Below are positions 11,661 through 23,402 of a DNA stretch of 64,000 bases, one piece after another; position 1 is the stretch's first letter, and every line of letters starts with the position of its first letter. Source of the stretch: Camelus ferus. Taxonomy: Eukaryota. The notes below the pieces were generated by a model. That model was not told where the DNA came from and did no database searches. It saw only the letters and a program-made list of their open reading frames with translations. The position numbers and the translations under genes were made by a program. Location: positions 87,546,001-87,610,000 of the forward strand of contig NC_045697.1 in assembly GCF_009834535.1 (NCBI RefSeq), written 5' to 3'.

Positions 11661-13949
11661 ATGGAAATGATCACAGTTTTTTTTTTCAATATAACAGCGC
11701 CCTGCAATTTGAATCGGTTTCTCTCTAGTCCTTCTTAGTCCCTGACATCTTGGGCAGGCTCGCAGCAGTGAAGCCTTTCTTCCAGCAGGGTACAGTTTTC
11801 AACATCCTACATTTGAAGGCAGGATGCACCAGGAGACTTTGCCCTGGGCCTTTCCTGCCCAGATCCTTTGGGCTGATAATCCCTTTTCTCTCTTTATGAT
11901 TCATTCTGAGCAGGCTTAGCAGTTAAGCTTCTATTTCCAGTTTTATGCTCTGTTCCTCCCCCTCGCCTAGATCTGAAACATCCTTTCCTTCAACAATTCA
12001 GATGTCTTGGCTATTCATTTTCCCCTTTGGTTCAGAAAGCTTTAGTTGTCGATTCCATTCCCTTGTCAGCAACAATTTTTATTCTTACTGGCTTAGTCAG
12101 GCTGTCTGCCCTGGCTTTCTTTATAAGTGTTTTTGTGTAGAATTTTTGCCTCCTAGGAAGCCCACTGTAGCATAACATAATTAAGTGACAATATATGAGG
12201 TGGCTGGACTTTACAAGCAGTTAATGACTGGTTGGAAGATTTATAAGTAAGAGGTGAAATCAAAGAGAACCGAACACTCAAGTTCTATATAAATAAATAA
12301 AAAAAATTAATGTGGTTTAAATTGTTGTTTAACAAGTATTTGAAAAGAAAGATGTGAAGACGTGCATATTAAGAAATCATGAAATGCAGTTTTGCATCCA
12401 CTAACATAACTCCCATCTGCACCTTCTAGCTCCTTTTCCAGCCTCGCATATTTGCCGGCCTCCCATAACCTTCTTCAGCATTTGCTTTCCAGTCTGCTGA
12501 CCTCTGGCCCTCCTCTGCTTCTTCATTGCTCCCTCGTACATTTTCAGTAAAAATAAAACAAGTGTGACTGAGGTCAGAATCTGGCTCTTTATACAAAGCT
12601 ACACAGGCAAGATGCGAACCAGTACAGAAAATGTGTATCATGGGAAAGTTAAAATTACAATGAGAAACTTAACTTTGGAATTTCCTGCCTGAGCCTTCTC
12701 TTAAGTTAATGTTTTGATCTGATGTCCTTATTTGGCTTAAATGAAAAGTCAGAGCTGAGGTAGAAGAGAACAAATCAACAAACAAACAAAATACTTACAA
12801 GCAACCTACTAAGCTGTGATGAAGACCACACAACAGCACAGAACTCTCAGATGGCTGTGCTGAATGTTTACAAAATCGTGTAGCATCGGCCAGACTATGT
12901 GACTGAATACTTATAAAAACCGTGCTAAAATCATGCTACACATGTACAGACTGATTTTTGGATTCCCAATAGCTGTGTCCTAATAATGCCTTTTCCAAAT
13001 CTATTTTCTGTTTTTTCAGGAGCTCAGAAATAAGCATGTGGAAAGTTCTGTTAAAACAGCCGGATTGTTACTGTATACAAAGAAGCGAATGTCAGTCCAA
13101 AAAAGTATCCCCACCCCACCTCAAATAAACCTAAAGTGGTTGAACATCTCATACTAGGTTGGGAAAAGGGTTTAGTGTTGATATCATCAACTGCTTCCTT
13201 CCAAGGGCACCAGCTGGCACAAAATTATTAATTGTTAGTATGTGATGGGTGAAATTGCGGTCGCAGCCATCGAAAGGTGCACAGCTCTTCTGTGCTATTC
13301 TAGCATTCATCCTTTTCTGTTTCTGATGGTGAGACTTCAGCGTAATCAACTCAGAAATGAAACTAAGATTTTGAGAACTTTTCACGCTTTCCTTTAGAAG
13401 GTTATGAAAGCCAAGTCTTTGTTGTGTGAGGGAGTTGGGGTCTGTGGCTTTCAAAACTGTAATTAATCATGTTTAGTCTTTAGGCCTGTTACTGGCATAA
13501 CTGCCAGGGCTTTTATTGCTATAAGGCCATTTTCAAGATGGTGTTCCAGCAGGCTCCATTTACCTTTCCTTTCCGGAAACTTCTAAGGAAAAAGGATCTG
13601 TTGTGAAGCACCAGTGAGCCTGACTGTTAAGACAGATGTGGGTCATTCTGGTATTCATCTTTGCAGATATTCCTGGCTCTGAGGGATTTGTTCCTAGTCA
13701 CTAACTCTACTAGCGACTTAGAGAAAAATCAAAATCCAAGTTTTCTACTGTAGAAATGGAGACACATCTGATGTTGGGACAAGGTCTTACTTTAACCTAG
13801 GTGAGAATTGAACTAGCAAAACACTGGAGTGTCTCAAAAAATTGTTGAATGAATGCCTGAACAAATCTCCTTGTTGAACTTACAAGCTGTTTCCTTTTGT
13901 TATTGTAAACTCCTTTGTATGGACATCTCTGCAGCTTTTTCTTAGTGCC

Positions 13950-14240
13950 CAATTTTGATAGGTATAAACTCCTAGAAGCAGAGTTTTGAGATTGAGCTAT
14001 GTGCATATTGAAAAAAAAACTGATTATGTATTGACAAATTTCCTTCAAAAGGTTTACATCAAATTACACATCTATTAATAGTACATGGAAATGCTAATCT
14101 CCCTGGTTTTTCAGCAATAGTGGGCATGATCCTTCAAAATCTTTACCAGTTTGTTAGTTGCAAGAAAAGAATCTGATTATTTAATTTAAGTTTACATATT
14201 TTTGGTATTCTTAAGTCAGAGTAAAATGTCCTGTTTCTGT
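13950..14240 (-). mobile_element. Old L1 (L1ME-like) fragment
   Basis: gtataaactcctagaagcagag...tattgacaaatttccttcaaaaggtttacatcaaattacac. Confidence 0.5.
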
Positions 14241-14854
14241 TGTTTTATTCTTCGTGAACTGGGATCATATCACTCACTACAGAATATAAGGGAGACTTCA
14301 TTATTGCATAATAGTTACAAATAAAATAAAAAATAAGTCAATTACTCCTCCCCAAAGAAAGCTTCATCACGTCAGTTCTGGAGAATGTCTCCAAGTGGCC
14401 CCATACTTCTAGGCATCTATTAATTTTGGAAAAGCTTTTGTAGAGCTTTTTTCACTCAATCCATTGCACTTTTTTTAAAAAAAAAACCAATAAATAATAA
14501 AGATATATGTGTTTTGTGGAAAGAAAGCTCCACATTTGAGAGTCTTAATACTTAAATTTTGAGGAAAGAGGATAATTATCTTATATAGTTCCTGCACATA
14601 GTAACATGTATCTTAAGGGAAAGAACACATTACAGACAATGTTTCGATTGTCATGGGTAGAATGAGGTGAGTCTGGCTTTTGTACCATGTGTGGGAGCTT
14701 TCCTCCCAGGATATTAAAAGCATAATTGGTTTTGTAGTGGGACAGAGCATTCTAAGCCATCCTCTTGTGTCTTGCTCTGCAGGGTTATGTACTTTTGGTA
14801 ATAAATACGTCCATGTAAACCAAGGGACCCTTTCCATTCTCCATGCCTGAAGAG

Positions 14855-14978
14855 GACACCTCTGTCTCTAGTTCTGTGAGTCCTCAAACCTTTGAAAAAA
14901 ATGCTCATATACCAGTTTCCTCTGTGTGCTTTACTGCTCTCTCTGAACGTCTGAAAAGTAGCTCCTTCAGCAAGAAGG
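14855..14978 (+). other. Candidate internal non-coding exon
   Basis: Pyrimidine tract ccctttccattctcc, AG at 14851-52 or 14853-54, donor-like AGG|GTATGC at 14978/14979; unique sequence. Confidence 0.25.
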
Positions 14979-16103
14979 GTATGCATGTATTTATGTTTGT
15001 GTTTGTAAGATTTAGGTTGGAAAGGCTGAAGATTTCAGGCAGAAAATACAGCATTTTAGTCACATTTTATGGATTAAATGGCTTCTGTTATTTCATATAT
15101 TGGAGGTACCTAATCATTGTCATGTTGGTTGCCTACAAACGTTCACACATTTTCCTGGTTATATTTGACCAAGGAATATTGCAGCATTCAGTCCACGTGC
15201 ACCAGCACCTGTTCATATATTGTCAAATAATTCTCGAAAGAAAGAACAGGTCATGTAGCTCTCATTTACCTTTTTTGGCTGATGTGTGGATTTTCACAGG
15301 CTGCAATGGAAATATTGTGAACAAGGATTATCTCTTCAGGCTTAGGTGTAAACACTAGAGCTTACTATAATAACTTGGATCATGCACCATCCTAGGAGCC
15401 AGGGTTATTTCCTTGAGACACTTGAGTGGAAGGATCAGTTGCCAAGCAACTTGCATTCTTATGGGGCCAAGCTGGGGAACAAAAGGGTGCCAGGTGGTAA
15501 TACAGAGAAGGAAAATGACAAAGATGCATGGAAAAATAAAGCCTCCATCTGGGATCTGTAGTGCATAACCGTTTAGAAACTTGGAATATGTTCCCTCTTA
15601 ATAATTCATTTCAACAGCTATTAATCAATGGCTACATCTTTAATATCTATGCCTATCTCTCCATCTGTCTGTCCACCACCCATCCATTCATCCACCCTGG
15701 CAGAGTGATGTTCAGATTAGAAATTATAAGTAGTAAGTTGAATTGTATATCTTATATTAACTATTTTGCCAATAATTATTCTTCATAATTATTTCTTACT
15801 CATTCACATAATTCCCTCTGTTCCTTTCCCCCCTCTAGGTCTTACACATCTGTACTTTTCATCTCCTTGTCACCTGCTTTCACTTTCTTTTTCTCTCAGG
15901 ACTGATTGTATAGATAGGACCATTGCTTCACTGCTAATGGGTGCTTAGATACTCAACTAAGGTGGAAATTCGGATTCCTGTAGAAGATTGTCAGCGCTGG
16001 CCTCATGGCTCCGCACTAGATGAAATCTCTCTCCTCAACCTACCTATGTGCTGAAAGTTAGCATCCTGGTGTCCATGTGGAAAACAGTGGTAACACTCCA
16101 AAA

Positions 16104-16204
16104 TGTCTGTTTGTTTGTTTATTTATTAATGGAGGTACAAGGGATTGAGCCCAGGACCTCATGCATGCTAAGCATACACCCCTCCACTGAGCTATACCCT
16201 GCCC
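16104..16204 (-). mobile_element. tRNA-Ala-derived camelid SINE (Vic-1 type)
   Basis: Reverse complement gggtatagctcagtggaggggtgtatgcttagcatgcatgaggtcctgggctcaatccc...cctccatt followed by an A-rich tail. Confidence 0.9.
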
Positions 16205-16479
16205 ACCAGCTTTACATATTTGAAAACATATGTCACTTCTGTTTTTTTCGAATACACTATAAAAGTTAACCTTTTCTCATTATAGAAACTGAAACCAAGA
16301 AACGACGAATTCCTTCTTTCTGCAAGGTCTGCCAGCACTATATCAGATTGCGCTCCTCCAGCTTTGGGAGTTTTAATAGGTTGCCCCTAGGATAGTAACA
16401 ATAGAAATCCAGTTGTCCTCAAGAATTTCAGAAAAAAAATGCAGTGTAGTTTGGGGTCATATCTGAAGGAAGAAGAAAA

Positions 16480-16690
16480 CTATGATTTATTTAGTGCTTA
16501 CTATATGCTTGGCATTGTCTTAGTCATTTCTTGATAGGTTTTAAAATGTTATCCACAAAAATCTTTGTATTGTGGGTATTGTTATCCCATTTAAAAATCT
16601 GTAACTAAGGCTTGAAGAGGTTAAGTAACTGTAAAAGATCACTGGGCTCCGGAAAACTAGGGTTTCTGCCCCTGGTATATCTCATTCTAC
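16480..16690 (-). mobile_element. MIR SINE
   Basis: atttatttagtgcttactatatgcttggcattgtc...gtgggtattgttatcccattt...gaagaggttaagtaact. Confidence 0.6.
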
Positions 16691-17059
16691 TAAGCTGTGT
16701 TGCTGGGGAAATACTTCCTCCTGAGATGCAAGTAAACCAATAAAACAAGTTGAGTGGGCTGATACAGTGTGGGTGCTTATTTGATGGCAACTTTTGAAAA
16801 GTTGCCAGTGGGGGTTTGCGGGGGACGGAGAGAGATGGGAGGGCCGTGTCCGTAGCTGATGGAGCGATGGTGGGGGTGGGGGGCCAGGTGAGGGTCTGGA
16901 CTGTTGGGATTCTGTCTCACTTCTCCTCTGGTCTTAGGTCATCCATTGACACTGACCTTAGTTCTCGCTATTGAACTTTTCCTCTTTGCCAGATTTTTGT
17001 CTTTTTAATTTTTTTCCACTTTTGCCCTTTGGTCATTGTCTGCCCATTTAAGGACTATA

Positions 17060-18112
17060 GTGGATAGAGTTCATGCTCCACCAGAACCCACTGGGTCTCC
17101 TGTATCTTTACTTGTGTACCAGTCCCCCTGACCTGCGTGTGCAGTGGCTGCTAGCACGCCTTACCTGCAGCTCTCTTCAGAAGACTGCCCCGGAAGCCCC
17201 CACTTAAAGAGACTCAGAAGTGCCGAGAAGTTTACACTGAGCCTCTTACTCCTGTCCCCAGTGGCATTTAACCAATGACTGACTGATGTAGGGACGTGAG
17301 AGGCCAGTTCCCTTGCCTCTCATCTGAGCAACTCACTCTTAGTTATAATTTTCCAGTTGGAAGCTCCCTGTTAGATTAGTCCAAGGCTGGGATTTTGCTG
17401 GCAATTACATATTTCCTCCACTTCTTCCCTTTCTAAATTCTGCTTCTTCCTTTGCAGTTCTTCCTGAGGGCACTTTCTTTTTCTTCCAATTGAAAAAAAT
17501 ATACAATTTTTAAAGGTTACTTTCCATTTACAATTATTACAAAATATTGGCTATGTTCCCCGAGTTGTACAATACATCTTTGAGCCTGTCTTACATCTAG
17601 CAGTTTGTACCTCCCACTCCCGACCCCTATATTGCCCCTCCTCCTCCCCACTGGCAACCACTAGTTTGTTCTCTACATCTGTGAGTCTGCTTCTTTTATC
17701 TTATATTCACTACTTTGTTGTATTTTTTTAGATTCCACATATAAGTAATATCATACAATGTTTGTATTTCTCTGTCTGACTTATTTCACTTAGCATAATT
17801 ACCTTCTATGTCCATTGACATTGCTGAAAATGGCAAATTTTCATTCTTTTTTATGGCTGAGTTGTATTCTGTTGTATATATGTATATATACACCACATCT
17901 TCTCTATCCAGTCATTTGTTGATGGACACTTCAGTTATTTCCATGTCTTGGCTATTGTAAATAGTGCTGCCATGAACATTGGGATGCATGCAACTTTTCA
18001 AATTAGTGTTTTTGTGTTTTTTTTCAATATATACCCAGGAGTGGAATCTGAGGGCACTTTCTTGATAGGTCATTTGCTTATGAGTTTTTGCCTCAGATTC
18101 TGGGGAATACTC
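17060..18112 (+). mobile_element. ERVL LTR (LTR16-like), split by an L1 insertion
   Basis: ccaatgactgactg...ccagttcccttgcctc...ggctgggattttgc...cctgagggcactttctt, resuming after the L1 as gataggtcatttgc...ttctggggaa. Confidence 0.65.
17480..18047 (-). mobile_element. 5'-truncated L1 with perfect 16-bp TSD
   Basis: Antisense L1 3' UTR/ORF2 end; ctgagggcactttctt at 17464-17479 and 18048-18063. Confidence 0.92.
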
Positions 18113-18119
18113 ATGTTTT

Positions 18120-19055
18120 AAAGGACTGATGGATTGAGGATCTGATATGACACTGTTCTTGGGAAACCCAAACAATCTCATGGCTTCTATGTTTGAGTGA
18201 AGGAGAATGGAGGTTAGGTGATCAATGAAGTTCTGGCCTGGGACCATCTCCCATTGGGTCTAGTGAGCCTCTGGAGTCATCTGGTAGTCATTTGCCAATT
18301 TCTTGACTGCATAATCAGGGTGGACAGATTTAGCGTCTGGCAGGATACTCACATTGGTCCCCTAAGCTGTGGAGTAAGAGCTATTGTAGTAAGAAAGAAC
18401 AAGTGGAGGTCACCCAGGTCAAGATGGTAAATCATAAATAATTCTGTCCCCCAACGCTTGTGTGAATGGTAGTGATTAGCATCATCCTTAAAGACTTAAA
18501 ACCAACATAGATGCTCAACCCCATTATATCCCCATTTAATCCATCATTTTACTTCCTGCATAAATCAGGTGAATCATGGCAGGTGACAGAGGACTGTGAG
18601 AAGTGTAACCTAGTGGTATCCCCAATACGGCTGCCATGCTGCACGTGGAATTTTTCCTGGAACAGATTACCACTGCTTCTCATTTGTGGTAGGTCACTAT
18701 TGAGCAGGCAGATGCATTCTTTTCAATACCCATTATGAATGAGGATCAGAAGCAGTTCACCAGGGTGGACAATAGGATGTATTCATAGACTTTCACTAGA
18801 TCCGGGTTAATTCTCCTGCTCTGTCACAGTGTAGTTTGATGGGACCTTGGTCCTCTGAACATCCCACAAAATATCGCTTTGGTCTACTATATTGGTGACA
18901 GCATGTGAATCACACCTAACCAGGAAATGACAGTACTTTGGATGCCCTGGTAAGACATGCGTACTTCAGAGATTGAGAGAAACTCTACAAACATTCAGGA
19001 GCCTGTCATGCCAGTAAAGGTCTTAAGACTCCACTGGTTTGGGGCATGTGAGGGC
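18120..19055 (+). mobile_element. Decayed ERVL protease/RT (host provirus, part 1)
   Basis: Peptides WQDTHIGPLSCGVRAI and SPFNPS...WQVTED; tatattggtgac (YIGD, compare YIDD); many stops and frameshifts. Confidence 0.85.
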
Positions 19056-20133
19056 TTTACTTCATAGTGAAAGAAGAGCAGCAGTGGGCCCATGTTCATA
19101 GAATTCACTGGTCTTGCCATGTTCTCTACCACCCTGTAGCAGCTGGTTTGAGAGAATGATGAAACGGCCTTTGCAGACTCTGTTACAGCACCACCTAGAT
19201 GGCAATGCCTTTCAGGGCTGGGGCAAAGATCTCCAGAAGGCTGTGTAAGCTCTGAACCAGTGTCCAGTATATGCTGCTGTTTCTCCAATAGCCAGGAATC
19301 ATGGGTCCAGGAATCAAAGAATGGACATGGGAGTGACCCACTACCAAAATCTGTGCTTCCTGTTTCTGCAACTTGATGCTCTGCTGGCCTAGAGTTCTCA
19401 GTTCCAGAGAGAGGAATGTTTCCACCACGAGACACAATGATTTCACTGAACTGTAAGTTAAGACTGCTGCCGGGCCACTTTGGACTCCTGATGCCTCTGA
19501 ATCAACAGGCAAAGAAGGGAGTTACTGCGCTGACTGGGGTGATTGATCCTAATTACCAAGGGGAAGTTGGACTTCTACTCCACAGTGGAGGAAAGGAAGA
19601 GTGTGTCTGGGTTACAGGAGATCCCTGAGGACATCTCTTAGTATTCCCAAGCCTTGTGACTGAGGTCAATGGAAAACTACAACAGCACAATCCAGGCAGG
19701 ACTGCTAATAGCCCAGATCCTTTAGGAATGGAGGTTTGGGTCATCCCACCAGGTGAAGAACCATGCCTAGCTGAGGTGCTTGCTGAAGGCAAAGGGAATA
19801 CAGGATGGATAGTGGAAGAAGCTACAGTCTTTGTTTTCTTTCCTCTCTTATTCCCTTATTATGTAATATAAAACAGATTCAATTTATATCACAGTGTTTT
19901 AAGTAGTGTTGATTTTACATCATAGCATTTAAGTTATAGGTTGTCAAGGAAGGAGTAAACATCACTCAAGGACTTTACCTCCTCTTCTAGGGAGGAGGTT
20001 AGTGTGTTTTTGGTTGTGTTCAGGATAGTTGTATCATGTTAAGCAGAATCGTGGTCTTATTATTGTCTTTATTCAGAGATTAAGATTGGTTTAAAAAGAT
20101 GTGTATGATTGCCAAGTTGACAAGGGGTGGACT
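19056..20133 (+). mobile_element. ERVL 3' internal region: integrase C-terminus, dUTPase, PPT
   Basis: cagtgggcccatgttcatagaattcactggtc (IN); ORF 19416-19628 LRLLPGHFGLLMP...GVIDPNYQGE (dUTPase motif 3); PPT-like aaggggtgga just before the LTR. Confidence 0.9.
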
Positions 20134-20646
20134 TGTGATGGTTAATTTTGTATGTCAACTTGACTGGCCATGGGGTGCCCAGATTAAACATTATTTCTGG
20201 GTGTCTTTGTAAGAGTGTTTCCAGATGAGATTAGGTTTTGAATTGGTGGACTCAGTAGATTGCCCACTCCAGTGTAGGTGGGCTTCATCTAATCCTTTGA
20301 GGCTCTGGACAGAATAAAAGTTTGAAGAAATTTGTCCCTTTTTTCTCTCCTGCCTCATCTTCTTGAGCTGAGACATCTCACCTCTCTTCTCTGGCCCTTG
20401 GACTGGGATTTGCACCACTGGCTCCCCTGGTTCTTGGACCTTCAGAAAAGGAGCGAATTATATCACTGGCTTTCCTGGATCTCCAGTTTTCAGACAGCAG
20501 ATCCTGAGATTTCTAAGCCTCCATAATCTTGTAAACCAATTCTTTAATAAACATTTTCCCTAATAAGTATATCTTCATATATATTTATATTTATATATGT
20601 ATGTATCCTACTAACTCTGTTTCTCTAAAGAACCCTGACTAATACA
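20134..20646 (+). mobile_element. MLT2B-like ERVL 3' LTR, full length
   Basis: tgtgatggttaatttt...gtcaacttgactgg to ...gaaccctgactaataca; TG...CA ends; AATAAA at 20546. Confidence 0.92.
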
Positions 20647-22378
20647 CTCTCTAAATTTGAAAAAAACAAACATGTTTTGGCATCTTTAAGTTCTTACCAC
20701 TTAAAAAATAAGCACAATATTTTGTTAGGTTTCTTTGTGTTTTGTAAGCAACATATACCACACATGGACATACTGCTCTGATTCATTTATTGAATGATAT
20801 GGAAGGATTCTAATTTTGAGTGGGACACAGACAAAATAAGGGCTGTAGAGTGAGTCCAGGCTTTAGACAAGCAGCCCTGCTTCCTGGACCTTTTGACAGA
20901 GTAGATAGCATGGTCTTAGGCGAGTATGTCATGAAGACACTACGTGGAGTCACTGGCAAGATCTAATGGGAGAATCATAGTGTAGGACCCAGGTTTCTGG
21001 AGCAGCATCTGCAAATGAGTCCTGTACACCATTCACAAAGCAGCTTCTGATCCACTACTGGACCTGGCAGATACTGGCCATCAGGACATGTATGTCATCA
21101 TAGATACTGGCCACAGGATATCAAATGACTACATGACCAGGGCTGCCCATCCTGAGTTGGGTATTTTCAGATTCACTAGATGGGCCCTGCAACAATCCAT
21201 CATAGAACGGAAGTGACATATCCAGAATTAGGCAGCAGCAGGTCCTGAGCACACATGTAATTTGGACAAATAGGTAGCTCACATCCCCATGTCACCTGCC
21301 TCTACAGCACTGATGCTTCTTTTTCAGTTTATACTTCAGCTCCATGATTAGCTGCATAAAGGAGGAAAAAATCCTGAGCTTGGTTTACAGATGGGTCAGC
21401 TCACTATGTTGGTTCACTAAAGCCTGTTTATGGATGGCCCAGAAGGACAGTGGTGGGATGTTCTTCCAGTGGGCGGGGCTTCAGTTAGTGTAGCTGGTTA
21501 TCTGTTTTGCATGGCGAGAAGAGTAGCCCAATGTAAGAATATACACAAACTCCCAGGCGGTGGAGACGGGTTTGCCTGTTTAGTCAGGGTTCTGAAAAGA
21601 GCAAGATTGGAAGACTGAGGACAAGGAGGTGAGGTGAGAGACAGCTGGATGGACTTATGGGAGTGGTCACAGGTGTGGCAATCTTCTGCTGCACGTCAGC
21701 GCCCGCCAGAGACCGTCCAGTGGCAGAGCAGGCGGATAGGATGATTCATCGCGTAGAAGCCAGCCGTCCTTTGTCTTCGGCTACCAAAATATGCCCATGA
21801 GCCAGGCAGACATGGTGGCTACCAAGATATGCCCATGAACCAGGCAGACATGGTGGCGGAGACAAAAAGCACGTGTTGTTCTAGCTGCTGCTGCTGGACA
21901 TCCCCTTGGCAGAGCAGAGACTCCTAGTGTAATGCGAAGCTGAGCCCCTAATGTAATACTATCCCTCAAGGAGACCGACCAGCTACTTAGTGACAAGTTA
22001 TTTGCATTGGACAGTCTGCGCCGTGGAGGGGCAGTGATTTGTCATGACTAGGATTTACATGTATTTCCAGGTGTGGATATTCTTCCCTGTCTTTCCTGTA
22101 TTCTTACCCTCAGCTTTCCTGCTGTCCAGGGACTCACAAGAGTATCTAGCTTATCAGCATGAGGTCTGCCATGATATTTCTTTGAAGCAAGGGACCCACC
22201 TTATAGCCGAGGGGGTGTAGCAATGGATAAGTGACCATGGGGCCCATCTCATCCATTACTCAGAAGCTGTGGCCTCATCAAGCTTTGGAATGGTCTCTTA
22301 CAGGTATAGCGAAGGCATCAGCTTTGAAATAATACCCCATGAGTCTGGGCCTCTGTCTTTCTGGATGCAGTATACACT
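20647..22378 (+). mobile_element. Decayed ERVL RT-connection/RNase H/integrase (host provirus, part 2)
   Basis: gcaacatataccacac...ttttgagtggg; tggtttacagatgggtc (RNase H WFTDGS); gcccatga...catggtggc (IN zinc-finger H..H). Confidence 0.85.
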
Positions 22379-22379
22379 T

Positions 22380-22567
22380 TGTGATTATTTCTTATATTTG
22401 CCAGTTTGTCAGTTCTAGATATTTGGTGAAACATTATTCAAAAAGTTTTTGTGAGGTTTGTTTTGCATGAGATTAAAGTTTGAATCAGTGGATTTTGAGT
22501 AAAGCAGTTTGCTTTCCATAATATGGGTGGGCCTCATCCAATCAGTTGGAGGTCTGAATAGAACAAG
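22380..22567 (+). mobile_element. MLT2-like LTR 5' fragment
   Basis: agatatttggtgaaacattattc...tgagtaaagcag...gggtgggcctcatccaatcagttggaggtctgaatagaacaa. Confidence 0.75.
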
Positions 22568-22619
22568 TCAACTCTTTGAAAGATTCCAGAGCAATGGATT
22601 ACTTTAGACCCATTCTGTC

Positions 22620-22765
22620 TGAGTGGTCATATCCTTTTTTTTTTGGGTCACAGAGCCCTTTAAAAATCTGAGGAAAGTGCTAGATGTTTGCACAGTTTAC
22701 CAGTGTAAACTGTATATATGAACCATACATACATAGTTTGTTTTGCATATAAATTCAGGATAGCT
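22620..22765. mobile_element. hAT-Charlie MITE fragment
   Basis: ttttgggtcacagagccctttaaaaatctgaggaaag...ttttgcatataaattcagg. Confidence 0.4.
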
Positions 22766-23254
22766 ACTAAGGGAAATCCCTCATTATGCTGCCATGTTAA
22801 AAAAAAAAAAAAAACAAAACCTTTTCTGTATCTTTCTTCAGTAAAGGAATATCCTGGTTTTGTTGTGGAAGCCAAAATAGCCACAAGAAGTCGACAGATG
22901 GAATTAGTTAACAATGTAGTATCTAGCTTTGGACTAAAACATGTCTCCCCCCAAGTCATTCTATTTGGTCTTCCAGAAGACAGAGAGATTTGAAATGTGC
23001 CAGAAATGTTTTATTTGACTTTTAAGTAGTCACCAACAGCCCCAAACAGCATTAGGTTTACCATCAACCGAATGCTTCCAGCTTGTTTAGTTTTGGAATT
23101 GTTTTCTTATCCAACAAGTCCCTTCTTAAATGTTGTTCAGGAAAGAAGTTCTTAAGCACCCAATATCTGAAGATATTCCATAGACTTTATCGTAATATCC
23201 TCTTAATTTCCTTTCTACCACATTTGACCCTAGCTATTGTATTGCTGGTTGATT

Positions 23255-23402
23255 CATTTGTGTTTATTGACTGTCTCTCCATGGAATTTAAGCTCAATCA
23301 AGGCAAAGACCTTGTTTATCTAGCACATCGCTGCATCCGTAGGGTATTGTATGGAGCCGTACATGAGTTAGGGGCTGAGAGATATTTGTTAAACGAAGGA
23401 AT
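23255..23402 (+). mobile_element. L2 3' tail
   Basis: ctgtctctccatggaatttaagctc...ggcaaagaccttgtttatc...atatttgttaaacgaa. Confidence 0.65.

Noticed and set aside
12790..12862. Minus-strand exon ending in GTAAGT
   Set aside because: Weak exon-side match and weak acceptor, no recognisable reading frame or partner exons
12811..12869. Box C/D snoRNA-like GTGATGA...CTGA with 8-bp hairpin cagcacag/ctgtgctg
   Set aside because: Only about 55 nt, the hairpin sequesters the guide and D box, and I recognise no rRNA complement
14843..15358. Longest ORF in the window (171 aa)
   Set aside because: No recognisable domain, composition typical of random AT-rich DNA, and it runs through a donor-like site at 14979
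19416..19871. Functional or domesticated dUTPase
   Set aside because: Split by a stop and frameshift, truncated, motif 3 reads DPNY; an ordinary decayed ERVL gene
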